Shown: positions 37,391 to 50,079 of the stretch, piece by piece
Numbering within the stretch: position 1 is the stretch's first letter
Layout of the letters: every line of letters starts with the position of its first letter
Origin: Octopus sinensis
Taxonomy: Eukaryota
Length of the DNA: 64,000 bases
Direction of reading: 5' to 3'
Assembly: GCF_006345805.1 (NCBI RefSeq)
Contig: NC_043000.1
Location: 124,062,001-124,126,000, forward strand
The notes under the pieces: model-generated
What the model was told of the DNA's origin: nothing
Database searches by the model: none
The model's input: only the letters and a program-made list of their open reading frames with translations
Made by a program: the position numbers and the translations under genes

Positions 37391-38980
37391 TTAAACAATG
37401 ATGATGATGACTTGCATTTATTGGCAAAATGAGTTTTCTTCTATTTGATCACAGAAATGTTTTTGTTCCCCAAAAGAAAGAACTTAAGTGCTGCTTGTCA
37501 CGAAGTCAAGCATATACAAAACCAGTGACTCATTTGGATTTACTGCAACATTAAGCAAATAAAAGCCCAATTTACCCTGTTGCTAGACAATAATAGCACC
37601 TCCCCAGAAAGCTTAGTGTTTGTTCTTCAGTTAGACTGAATCATATAATGTCTTGCCTAGAGAAATGAGGATATGTACACATTAGGATCTGAACACTAAC
37701 TTATATGTAACCTAATGCCTTTTCAATGCAGGAAATGAGTTAATTATTTAAGTTAAAAGGCTGAAATTAGGACAAAGGAAAGACTCATATTCAGAAAGAA
37801 TCTGTGTGCTGTCTAGTACAGTAAAAATGAACAAATTATTGGTAGCAAAAGGGGAGTGTCAAGGTGTTGTTGGGTGTCAAAACTGTAAAATTGGCAAAGA
37901 AAAATTTGTGGATGAGCTGAAGACTGTTCATTGTCATAGAGTATTTATCTATCAAGCACATAACTTGATTTATGTGGGAAGATAATGAGATTCGAGAATA
38001 TTCAGTACCCTCTTCCCACTGTTGAGTTTAAAATCATTACACGTTTAAAACAACCAAAGCTAGTTGGTTGTGACAATCAACCTGTTAATAAAATTTTCAA
38101 AAGGCTTACCTTCTCTCTATGTTTTAATACCTTTACAAAATGAACAGACATATTATTCTCTCATACTGACCACAGGAGAATTAATAACCCTGATCAAGAT
38201 TAAGCCAAAGTTTCTCTATTTACAGCCTTCTATGTATGAGTCAAAGCCTGGTATGTGAAAACATTACCTCCAACGAAAATAGCAATTACATCCCTCTTAG
38301 ATTATGCCCCACTCTCAAAAATGGAAGAACATATTGTTGACAAAAGTCAACCCTAATTAAAAGCATTGCAATTGTGATCAATCCATTGTTTTAAAAGTAT
38401 TTAGGATATGTCCTCTTTTTTTTAAAGATGTTATAATGTGGTTTGAAGGAAATGTTTAGTAGGTTTAGCGATTGTGTAGAGAATTACCTTGTTGAATCCA
38501 TGTTTATATTTTTTTAATGGTTTGGTCTAGAGGAAGGAGCTGTGCTTATTATCTTCACAGGCCCCACAAGACTGGTGAAATCAAAGCTGTTAATATTCCT
38601 CTTGAACAGTTGCAAGTTGACAGCTGCAGGAAAAGACACAAGCAAAAGTGAAATTCTAGAAGGCAGACATTCCAGAGTTAGAGTTAAAAAGACAAAAAGT
38701 GGAGGGTTATGATTACTATGGGGTCTGAGGTGGTGGTTTGAATTTAATTGACAAGAGGAGTTGTCTGAGTAAGGGTGGCATGTAACCCACCAGCACCAAG
38801 GAGTAATCCCACTGTAGTCTTTATCAGCACTGTTCTAATGATCACTTTTCCATGTTGCATAGGTCAAATAGAGTTTATTGAGGCATATTTTCTATGCCCA
38901 GATGTCCTTCTTGCCAGCAATCCTCACCTATTTCCAAGCAGGATAATATTTCCTCCATGGCCAGACATGTTGCTGCAGAA

Positions 38981-39432
38981 TCATTATCATCATTTAATGT
39001 CCGCTTTCCGTGCTAGCATGGGTTGGACGATTTGACTGAGGACTGGCAAACCAGATAGCTGTACCAGGCTCCAATCTGATCTGGCAGAGTTTCTACAGCT
39101 GGATGCCCTTCCTAACACCAACCACTCCGAGAGTGTAGTGGGTGCTTTTACGTGCCACCGGCATGAGGGCCAGTCAGGCAGTACTGGCAACAGCCACGTT
39201 CAAATGGTGTTTTTACATGCCAGCTGCTCGTAAGTTTTTTCACATGCAACCAGCACAAGTGCCAGTAAGGCGATGCTGGTAACGATCACGCTTGAATGGT
39301 GCTTTTTACATGCCACCGGCACGGAAGCCAGTTAGCTGCTCTGGCAATGATCACGCTCAGATGGTGCTCTTTGCACCCCGCCAGTCATCAAATTTAATTT
39401 CAATTTCACCTGCCTCAACAGGTCTTCGCAAG
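38981..39432 (-). mobile_element. RTE LINE 3' UTR fragment
   Basis: Reverse complement of the family 3' UTR (GTGGCACGTAAAAAGCAC units, GAT tail). Confidence 0.85.
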
Positions 39433-39527
39433 CAGGGTAATAAATGACACTGCTTGCATCACAGTGATAATCATTTACAACTATAATTCATGTAATGTCA
39501 AAACAAGAAGACAAACACACACACACA

Positions 39528-41825
39528 CTCAGGTTGCTGAATAAAGAAAATGAATGGGATACAGAGAGTCTGCCGAATGTTGACCCAACAGAGGGACCAG
39601 CTATCAGAGTTGATAGTTCCTTGGTAGTTAAGGCAATTAGAAGCATGAAGACAGGGAAAGCCCCAGGCCCATCAGGTATCACTGCAGAGATGCTCAAAAT
39701 ATCTGGTAGTGTCAGCTATAGCCTAGTCACCCGTATAGTTAATCAGGTGATACAAGAAGGAGTCATACCCAATGACTGGTGTAGCAGCATAATAGTCAAC
39801 TGCTACAAAGGTAAAGGTGACGCCCTAGATACAAATAATTACAGAGGTAACAAGCTGATGGATCAGGTGATGAAGGTTACGGAGAGGGTCATAACCCAAC
39901 TAATTAGAGAGAGAGTTAGTTTAGATGAGATGCAGTTTGGGTTCGTGCCAGGGAAAAGTACCACTGATGCTATATTCCTGGTAAGGCAGCTGCAGGAGAA
40001 ATACCTAGCCAAAGATAAGCCCAAGTACCTGGCTTTTGTTGACTTAGAGAAAGCCTTCGACAGGGTCCCCCGATCCCTCATCTGGTGGTCAATGAGGAAA
40101 CTAGGGATAGATGAATGGTTAGTGAGAGCTGTGCGGGCCATGTACAGGGACGCTGCTAGTAGGGTGAGGGTTGGAAATGTGTACAGTGAAGAATTCCGGG
40201 TAGAGGTAGGAGTCCACCAAGGCTCAGTACTCAGCCCCCTCCTATTTATCATAGTCCTCCAGGCAATAACGGAGGAATTCAAGACAGGATGCCCTTGGGA
40301 GCTCCTCTATGCTGATGACCTTGCTCTAATTGCTGAGTCACTATCAGAACTGGAGGAGAAGTTTCAGGTGTGGAAGCAAGGTTTAGAATCGAAGGGCCTT
40401 AGAGTCAAACCAAAGTCGTAATAAGTAGGAAGGTAGACAAATCACAAATGCCTGCTCGATCTGTAGAAAAGGTGTAGGTAGAAACTCTATAAGATGCACC
40501 AAGTGTAAGCTATGGACACATAAGAGGTGCAGCAATGTCAAAGGAAGACTAACTAGGAAGATGGTTTTTGTATGTGGCAGATGCTCAGGAACAATAAACA
40601 CTGAAAATGCTCTGAAACCAACTTCTGTCACTTTCCAGGGAGAAAAACTAGAAATAGTTGATAGCTTCCATTACCTAGGTGACCAAGTCAGCAGCGGGGG
40701 TGGGTGTGCTGAAAGTGTAACTGCTAGAGTAAGAATAGCTTGGGCAAAGTTCAGAGAGCTCTTACCTCTGCTGGTGACAAAAGGCCTCTCACTCAGAGTA
40801 AAAGGCAGACTGTATGACGCGTGTGTACGAATAGCCATGCTACATGGCAGTGAAACATGGGCCGTGACTGCTGAGGATATGCGTAAGCTCGCAAGAAATG
40901 AAGCCAGTATGCTCCGATGGATGTGTAATGTCAGTACTCATACTCGACAGAGTGTAAGTACCTTGAGAGAAAAGCTGGACCTGAGAAGCATCAGATGTGG
41001 TGTGCAAGAGAGACGTTTGCGCCGGTATGGGCATGTGGCGAGAATGGATGAAGATAGTTGTGTGAAAAAGTGCCACACCCTAGCGGTTGAGGGAACCTGT
41101 GGAAGAGGCAGACCCAGGAAAACCTGGGACGAGGTGGTGAAGCACGACCTTCGAACTTTAGGTCTCACTGAGGAAATGGTTAGAGACCGAGACCTCTGGA
41201 AGTATGCTGTGCGCGAGAAGACCCGGCAGGACAAGTGAGACCATAACCCGTGGCCTTCTACACGGGATGTAGCCAGCCCACTTATGCATACCTTCCCTTC
41301 TTGGGACACAAAACTCTATTTGTGAAGACCGGTTGAGGCAAGTTAGAATCAGAATCAGAATCGAAATTGATCAATGGAAATTGCAGTTGAGTTACCAGTG
41401 CCGGTGGCACGTAAGAGAACCATCCGAATGTGGCCGTTGCCAGCGCCGCCCCGACTGGCCCCCGTGCCAGTGGCACATAAAAAGCACCATCTGTTCGTGG
41501 CCGTTGCCAGCGCCGCCCAGACTGGCCTCGTGCCAGTGGCACGTAAAAAGCACCATCCGTTCGTGGCCGTTGCCAGCCTCGCCTGGTCCCCGTGTCGGTG
41601 GCACGTAAAAAGCACCATCCGTCCGTGGCCGTTTGCCAGCCCCGTCTGGCACCCCGTGCGGGTGGCACGTAAAAAGCACCCACTACACTCACGGAGTGGT
41701 TGGCGTTAGGAAGGGCATCCAGCTGTAGAAACACTGCCTGATGCAGCCTTCTGGCTTCACAGACCCCAGTTGAACCGTCCAACCCATGCTAGCATGGAAA
41801 GCGAACACTAAACGATGATGATGAT
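39528..41825 (+). mobile_element. 5'-truncated RTE-clade LINE: RT ORF with a frameshift at about 40410, repetitive 3' UTR, (GAT)n tail
   Basis: ORFs 39495-40421 and 40561-41238 with KAPGPSG, QFGF, FVDLEKAFD, GVHQGSVLSP, YADD, YLG, MLHGSETW, GRPRKTW. Confidence 0.95.
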
Positions 41826-42779
41826 ATATATATAGACAAACATATGTTGGGCGTCTTTCAATTTCTGTCTACACAAGACTTTGGCTGGCCTGGGGTTATA
41901 GTGGAAGACAGTTGCTGATAGTGCTATCCAGTGGGACTCAACCCTGAAAAATGTGGTTTGGAAGCAGATTCTCACTCACACAGCCGAGAGAGAGAGAGAG
42001 AGAGCAGACATGTCTTCAGACCAGAAGTTAGAGGGTGTTGCTGAGCAATTTCATTGTTTGTATGTTTAGCTAAAGCCCCATCCTAAGTGCAGGGGTACCC
42101 ACAGTAGATCTCACTTAAGTTTTGTAGAGATCTAGTAGTTGTTAGTGTTCAGAGTGAAATATTTTCTGGCCTCGAAAAGGAAGTTCCGTCAGTCGGGATG
42201 ACTATAACTGGAAGGGCTTTGATCACAGGTGTGATGGAGTAGGGGTAACTTGAAACGAAAAAAATACCAATATTCTGGTTAATATAGGGCGTAACAAATA
42301 TCAGAAAATCAAAAAAAAAATGACTAACACAACTACATACTACAAGACTCAAAATATTCAGCCAAATCACCACCCTTTAACTAGCAATAATAATAACATC
42401 AATAACATAACAGCCAAAAGATTTATTTGTTCTGAAAATAACAATCATAGTAAATAAATATGTTCTTTAATATTCACATTCATGTGCACAGTTAAACACA
42501 CTTACATACAAACAGTCACGCATGCATAATACAGAACGGAACACATAAATGAAGGATGAATTACTTAGTATATATTACATCTAGAGAATTTTGATTAATA
42601 AGTCAAATATGCAAATTATAAAGATAATTAATTGCTTTACTAAACAGTGTTGTAAAGGTGAAAAAATAAATTTGGGAAAAAAATACACGCCAAAACTAAT
42701 TAATAAAGGATAATTAGGGAAGGATTGACACAAAATGGTTAATATAGGGCGTAACAAATATCAGAAAATCAAAAAAAAA

Positions 42780-43260
42780 ATGTGTGTAATAGGTGTAAAA
42801 CAACTTCCTATGAACAAATATGAAAAAAAAAATTCGCGCACGCGAAAGGGGGGTGGGGGAGAGGCCTCGGAAAATTCACATCGGGAAGTTCCGAAAGCGT
42901 CTGAGGAGCTGACCCGGGCACCAAAACAAAAAAAAAATAGTGTAATATGTGTAAAACAACTTGCACTAAACGAATATGACAAAAAAAAATGCGCTCTCGC
43001 GAAAGAGGGGTGGGGGAGAGGCCTCGGAATATTTATATCGGGAATTTCCGAAAGCGTCTGAACCGGGCACAAAAACAAAAACAGCGTAATAGGTGTAAAA
43101 CAACTTGCTCTAAACGACTATCATGAAAAAAATGCGCGCTCGCGAAAGGGGGGTGGGGGAGAGGCTTCGGAAATTTCACATCTTCAGTCCACGGCCTTTA
43201 AACTAAGAAAAAATAGTGTAATTGGTGTAAAACTACTTGTTCTAAACGAGTATCAAGAAC
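42780..43260 (+). repeat. Minisatellite, about four units of 130-155 bp with G-runs
   Basis: GTAATAGGTGTAAAACAACTT...GCGAAAGGGGGGTGGGGGAGAGGC repeated. Confidence 0.8.
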
Positions 43261-43588
43261 ACACACTCACACATGAATCATAAACTCCGTATTTCGCAAA
43301 AAAAAAAAATAAAGAGAAGAAATTCTGGAAAAAGTGAAGAAATGTTGGATCTCCGCCATGTGAATCAAAATACGTGTCAGAAACATCTTGAAATACTACA
43401 GAAATTATGTTACGAAAATGATAATGTATACATACCTCTTTGAGTGGTCCATATAGAGATTTTTAGAGAGTTACTTCCCTTATGCCAACAATGCGTTTAA
43501 ATGGTGAAAATTGATGGTAAATTTTTCTTTAAATCGTAGGCAATTTTCCGAGCGCCCCCCCCCCGTTTGTCAGCGCGCTTTTTTTTCG

Positions 43589-44433
43589 TCATATTCCTTC
43601 AATATACGATGCCTTACACCTCTTGCACATATTTTTTAAGTTCCCCCAAAATCTTTCTATTGTCTGTGTATGTATAGATGGGTTTGTTGGATCTACAAAA
43701 TTCTGGCTGTGATTTATCTTAAAATGCGTGTAGCCTAATGTATCTAACCTATTATATACGGGCCAACAATCACTATATACAGTTGAACCAGGTTTAATGT
43801 GGCGTCTAATTAATGGAATTAGTGTGGAAGAATCTCGCCTTAGAACTTCACCACATTCTGATGTCAGGGGTATCAAAAAATTTTTCTTGGAATCTCTTTC
43901 GATTCCGCCAAATAGCCAAATAGTTTTCACAAGTCTCCCCCTGTTATATTTCCTCCTAACCAAGACTGTCTCATCTATTTCTACTTCTATCCCTGGCCCT
44001 CCAATTGGTGTTTGGGAATTTGCGGCCCAATGAAGACAGACTTCAGAGCAGAAGGACCTCCAATCAACGGACGTAGCAAGCGATATATCTAAATTCTCAA
44101 TAACTGCTTGGTGCGACCAACCTTCTGTTAAGAAATGGTTTACATACAAAAGAATTTTCCAGGGGGTTAATCTACTCCGATTCAAAAAGGTGTTCTTAAA
44201 TATGGAAACAGAAAAACCACATTCTGTCGCCTTCTGCGAACCATTTTCCTGCAACGAAATATATGTGTTCCATTTCGTAGAATACACGGTGAATTGCACG
44301 TCGGGCAATTCACATTTCTTGGTATCACCCCATGTTCCCGAAAAAATTCTAATGCTGTTTCATCGTTAAGCTGAAATCTCGAAACCCCGTCATACAGACT
44401 CAGCTCGCACGGAATAACACACGATGCCATCAT
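43589..44433 (-). pseudogene. Merlin (IS1595/IS1016-like) DDE transposase, frameshifted and 3'-truncated
   Basis: N-terminal CPTC...FRC zinc ribbon (ORF 44182-44433); DWRSFCSEVC, GGPGIEVEIDET, WLFGGIER, IKPGSTVYSDCW, INHSQNFVDP, HTQTIERFW (ORF 43589-44308). Confidence 0.92.
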
Positions 44434-44670
44434 GCAAATTAAAATGACCAGATTAAAGATAAATTCAAATAATATTTTCGTTAAAGGGAAGAGTACGTCT
44501 AGTCACTGCGAATACACAAATTTGAAAGGCTTTTCCACGCTGCCTGCGCACGGAATTAGGGCTGGCACTTCACGCAATTAGGGCTGGCACTTCCGGCAAT
44601 GTGGTCAACCGGAAGTTGGGCTGGCACAACCTGACAGACACACAGAAAAACTGCCGTTTATATATAGAGA

Positions 44671-45510
44671 TTTTTAGAGAGTTACTTCCCTTATGCCAAC
44701 AATGCGTTTAAATGGTGAAAATTGATGGTAAATTTTTCTTTAAATCGTAGGCAATTTTCCGAGCGCCCCCCCCCCCGTTTGTCAGCGCGCTTTTTTTTCG
44801 TCATATTCCTTCAATATACGATGCCTTACACCTCTTGCACATATTTTTTTCCATTTTTGCCACCTGGGCGTGGATCCTCTACGGTTGATCCTGGGAATTT
44901 TCCAAGCCCCCCGTTTGTCAGCGCGCTTTTTTTTCGTCATATTCCTTCAATATACGATGCCTTACACCTCTTGCACATATTTTTTTCCATTTTTACCACC
45001 TGGGTGTGGATCCTCTACGGTTGATCCTGGGAATTTTCCGACCCCCCCACCCCACCCCCGTTCGTCAGCGCCCTTTTTTTACGTCTTATTCCGTCAATAT
45101 ACGATGCCTTACAACTGTTACACATTTTAGATTCCAGGTTGATCCTGGGAATTTTCCGACCCCCCCATCCCCCACCCCCGTTCGTCAGCGCCCTTTTTTT
45201 CCGTCTTATTACGTCAATATACGATGCCGGTTAATATCTAGATCCGCACCCGGTGGAAAAAATGGAAACGCAAATGTGTAACAGTTGTAAGGCATCGTAT
45301 ATTGACGTAATAAGACGGAAAAAAAGGGCGCTGACGAACGGGGGTGGGGGAGGGGGGCTGGGGGGTCGGAAAATTCCCAGGATCAACCTGGAATCTAAAA
45401 TGTGTAACAGTTGTAAGGCATCGTATATTGACGGAATAAGACGTAAAAAAAGGGCGCTGACGAACGGGGGTGGGGTGGTCGGAAAATACAGGATCAACTG
45501 TAGAGGATCC
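44671..45510. repeat. Tandem and inverted array of a 120-140 bp C/G-run unit
   Basis: CCCCCGTT(T/C)GTCAGCGC...ATATACGATGCC units; orientation flips at about 45240. Confidence 0.85.
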
Positions 45511-46392
45511 ACGCCCAGGTGGTCCATCGATAATGATGATAAAGAAATGAGGGTTAATATAGGGCCGGTTTTTCAGGGGTACAACCCCCTAAAAAAAACC
45601 CTGCGTATTATACTCGAGGATTTACGGTACTCTTTTTAGTTTGTTTCCCTTCGTTATCCATCAGTAGAAAGCTCATTATCTAAAGAACCAGTCTATGTGA
45701 ATAAATTGACGGAATTGTTACACGGGATGAGATGCTTTGTTATTTGTTCTGTCTCTACATTCTTAACACTTTAAGTAGTGTACAACGCCTAACACCATCA
45801 CCTGGTTCTCGGGTACCTTTAGTAGAGTTCACTCTGTTTTAAGGTTCGGGCCAGGAGTCCCATTTTAAGATAACTTCCTCATTTCTTCCTACCAGTCACG
45901 GAGAATCCTTTAAAAATATAAAGGAACATGATCACTGCCCTTCCCTCTCTGAATAAAGAGGAAAAAGTTATTGTTTCGTCTAAGTGGGCGAAGGTAAAGA
46001 ATACTCATACCACCCGTTTTCGGCGTAACCCTAAATGCCGAAAACGGGTTCAAATTCCGCCGAGGTCGACTTTGCCTTTCATCCTTTCGGGGTCGATGTA
46101 ATCAACTTTATACGATTGTCTGTCTTTGTTTGTCCCCTTGTGGATAATAAAGAAACAGGTATATCTATATGTAAGTTTTAGCAGATAGAACGATAGCGAA
46201 TTGGCTCAGCTTTAAACCGGTTTTTAATATAGAAGCACGTGGTAAAGAAATGCGGTGCGAAGAGAGCATTTTGTTTCGTAACCACACGTTAAATTACTTC
46301 AGATAACTGCTATTAAACACTGAATCGACAGATAAGGTATAACAAACGTATAGACAACCGAAACGAAGAATAAATAGTTAAGAAGAACTTAC

Positions 46393-46480
46393 GTGAGACA
46401 ACAATAACAATGCGTCGTTGATAGAGAAACAAGAAATAACGAGAGAATTCGAGATTTAGAAGAATGTACACTCGTGTCGA
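46393..46480 (-). other. Putative non-coding first exon of POLR2K
   Basis: Minus-strand pyrimidine-rich, CpG-containing stretch ending CAC|GTAAGT; the acceptor at 35933 needs an upstream exon. Confidence 0.45.
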
Positions 46481-46647
46481 CGAGAGTTAGCGAATCTTTT
46501 GCAAAAGTTTATTTTTATTTTAATAGTTCAAGTTAATATTATTTAGGCAAGATTGCCGACGACTACCTAAGCAAAGTAAATAAAACACAAAAAAAATTTT
46601 TGTTAAACAAAGTAAGTAAAACACAAAAACACAAAGTAAATAATTAT

Positions 46648-47070
46648 TTGGCAATCTTTCGTCTCTAGTAGACCTTTCCGTCGATTTCCGTAAAAAATTA
46701 TTTTTATTTTTACATATGGGCTTGCGGGAACTTTTGAAGTAATGAGAGCGAAAGAGACTAAGAGAAAGCGATTGTATGACGAAGGAAGTTCTTTTGAAGT
46801 TACCGTGCATGGGAAGCATTGATGTACATGTGTGTGTGTTTGATGGGGTGTGGGAGACAGACAGTATGTTGTGTAAGTGAAGTGCTTCTGTTAGTATGTG
46901 TGAAGAGACAGAGTAATGTGTGAAAGAAAGAGATAACTGAAATTTTTTACTCGGTGTATGTGTATATGTATGTATATTACTTCAAAAGTTCCCGCAAGCC
47001 CATATGTAAAAAAAAAAAAAATTTTTACGGAAATCGACGGAAAGGTCTACTAGAGACGAAAGATCGCCAA
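46648..47070. mobile_element. MITE-like element with near-perfect TIRs of about 95 bp
   Basis: 46648-46743 is the reverse complement of 46976-47070; TG-rich spacer; no clear TSD. Confidence 0.75.
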
Positions 47071-48000
47071 TTTTTTAAATAAAGCAAAAACACAAAGTAA
47101 GAATCAACTAGTCATGACTAGTTAGCGCGGATGCGTGACTACGCGAGTGCGCGCACCGGGACCACTGTTCTGAAGTAGTACCGTAGATTCGAACGTTAAG
47201 GAACGCAACAAGTACCGCAAGGTAGTTTTGCCGATTGTAAAAGAGATTGGACGAGGAAAGTTTTGTCAAAGAAAGCATTCACTATTTTGATTTATTCGGT
47301 AACCCTTTCAATACATAATAACGTACTTGATCGATCCACTTAGCTTCGAAATCCAATTATCCATTCTGAAATCAACGATTTGGATGACTATCATTATGGT
47401 AGTCTTCCGTTAGAAACAGGCTGTTTTTAACGAAAGAATACCATCATGATTATCAAAGAGCGTTAAGAGTGACAACGTAGACTTTCCTGCTTTTGTTTAC
47501 GTTGTCATCGTGTCTTCCTTTAAAAATTATACGATCAGATTTCAGTATTTAAAGAAGGAAAATACTCGACGATGAACTTAAATGGCTGGGACCCACGATT
47601 CACAATAGAGCCTATACAACGTTATAATGATGCATATAAATAGTTACTAGGGTTATTATATACGATGATTTTTAAAAAACTTTGTTGCCTGACAAGAATC
47701 GGTAAAGTTTATTAATTATAAACTTCAAAATTCAAATAATTTCTAAAATAGCATCGATATTACCCATTAAAAAGAAAAAAAAATATCGATTATCATCTTA
47801 AAGTATCGGCTGAAACGAACAAAATAAAAAAAATAACAATAGTTTCACATAACTGAAAATATCATTAGAGACTTTAAAAATACAAATCATATTCGTCGGC
47901 AAATTGCTACTAGTATACTTAAAATACTTAAATATATAATATTAAAATCGAGTGGTAATTATGGTTTAAATATATTAAAACAAACTCCTTTCCCAGCTGC

Positions 48001-48092
48001 GCCCGCATAGCTCAGTCGGTAGAGCATCAGACTTTTAAGACTCTTTCTAAGAAGGAATCTGAGGGTCGTGGGTTCGAGTCCCCCTGTGGGCG
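48001..48092 (+). tRNA. tRNA-Lys-TTT: tRNA-Lys(UUU) with a 19-nt intron (48038-48056)
   Basis: Acceptor GCCCGCA/TGTGGGC, D-arm GCTC/GAGC, anticodon stem TCAGA/TCTGA, anticodon TTT, intron at canonical 37/38, one T-stem mismatch, oligo-T terminator 8 nt downstream. Confidence 0.93.
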
Positions 48093-49083
48093 AAGGCAGT
48101 TTTTTTTTTCTTTTTATTGCAAGTAAATATAATTTCGTATTATTTAAGTTGATAAGTATACATAAGGAAACAACTCAGAATTACTTTGATTGTTTTTTTT
48201 CCATTCTTTCTGATTTTCTTTTATTCGTAATCCTCTTTTAGTTCCGAAGTACTAACAGCCTATGCTTCTGTTCGGAAAAACGAAAATTCTTAATCATAGG
48301 ATGATGAGCAAGAAACAGAAATTCTATATTTTGTTGGTGAAATAGTACTATTTCAACTGTAGCAAACAACGAGGGACTAGCTCTATTTTCAACTGAATCT
48401 ACCGTTATATGTTAACACGGTGTCAGTCAAAATGTTAATAGCCAACAAGGCAGCGTTATACTATAACGCACTCGTTTCATATAATTGATATTTTTCTTAA
48501 TTGGCAACATATTTCATGACTATATAAAAATTTGGTTTGAGTAATGCAAAATTTCCTGATACGACAAATTACAGTTAGATGTTAAAAATATCTAAAAGCT
48601 AATGTGAGCAGTGCGTTTAGTATACGTTGGTAAATAAAATTGATTCCATAGATATTTTGACATTTCTTCTTTTCTAGGGCCCCATGAAAATGAAAGTATT
48701 TGCTTTTCCTGATGACCAAAAAGTGAAATAGTTTTTATGGGAGAAAGGTGAAAACTTTATTAATTTGTTTAAATATAATTGAGGAACAAGATTAATTTCT
48801 TTAATTAATTTCTCATCAGTTTCAGTTCAAATTCATAGCGACACTAGATTTTGAATAAAATGCTCTGTACATATATCACTCACTAGTTGGCACCCGAATG
48901 CTCTTATTTCATGCAATGTATGTTATACGTCCAGTAATACTGGTGCTTGCTGACTTACACAAGAGATAAGTCTTCTTAGGAAGATATTGTTCGCAATGAA
49001 TATTTCTTGCGACAGAGCTCTCTTTGTAATTGGGGCTTTTCATTTTAACTCCTCTTTTACCATTTGATATATAGCTGGGTACC

Positions 49084-49313
49084 CAAGGCGGCGAGCTGGC
49101 AGAAACGTCAGCACGCTGCGCGAAATGCGTAGCCATATTTCGTCTGCCGTTACGTTCTGAGTTCAAATTCCGCCGAGGTCGACTTTGCCTTTCATCCTTT
49201 CGGGGACGATAAATAAAGTACCAGTTACTCATTAGGGTCGATGTAATCGACTTAATCACTGTCTGTCTTTGTTTGTCCCCTCTATGTTTAGCCCCTTGTG
49301 GGGCAATAAAGAA
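49084..49313 (+). mobile_element. Full-length tRNA-derived SINE with 17-bp TSD
   Basis: ATATATAGCTGGGTACC at 49067-49083 and 49314-49330. Confidence 0.92.
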
Positions 49314-50079
49314 ATATATAGCTGGGTACCTTTGTTCACGTTAAATCTTCATCACAAAATATTTGGTTAGTCCAACTTAAATAATGAAAACTTCACACTA
49401 CACGGTTTATTGTGTCTAGCTGACACTCTGCTGTTTGTTATCTCACTTTTGTTTCCTAATGGTTGCGTTTTGTTGGAAAACACTTTGAAGGTTTGGGCCT
49501 GGGAAACGTTTATTTCTGGCAAGGTAAATATTTTCATTTACTTGGGACCTGGGAACGAGGAGCTGATATTTTCATATGAAGTTGAATAGAAATGCACAGT
49601 AATACATACTCTACTTTAGTTTCCTCAATTAATACATTCCTATATTACAACCCATTAATTAAAAAAAAATCCCTTTTTCGCAATAGAAAATAAACAAGGA
49701 AGTTGGTCTTCGTCCCAGTTTTTGGAAATTGTGCTTCGTGAACCAATTTCAAAATAGAATTATTTCACATTCCCTCGAAAGTTTATAAAGTCTTATATTA
49801 ACCACTATTTTCCAACTAATATTTCAGTCAATTAAAAACTTTTCTTTTATGTGAGTGGTCAGATTCCTCATCATACACCAAACTCAATGGCGTACTGTAG
49901 CGTCAGGGCTAAGGCAAGTGTTGTAGGCAGGGCGCACTATTCTATTTATTTATTATTTCTACTTTATTTGTATTTCCATTCATGATTTTTTTCACCCAGG
50001 TTTAAATATTCCTATTACACTGCTCAGATGAAAGGGTCAAATTTATGAAGGGAGGTAATCAGCAAGCACTTGGTACAAA

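Noticed and set aside
41400-41680. Regularly spaced GTGGCACGTAAAAAGCAC repeats that superficially resemble a CRISPR array
   Set aside because: Spacers are homologous to each other and the block is the RTE 3' UTR, found in many dispersed copies in a eukaryotic genome
39863-41782. Antisense and 3' UTR ORFs (39863-40282, 40938-41309, 41282-41782 and others)
   Set aside because: Shadows of the RTE RT frame or of its GC-rich repeat UTR
44722-45639. Overlapping ORFs of 86-128 aa
   Set aside because: Products of the G/C-run tandem and inverted repeat array
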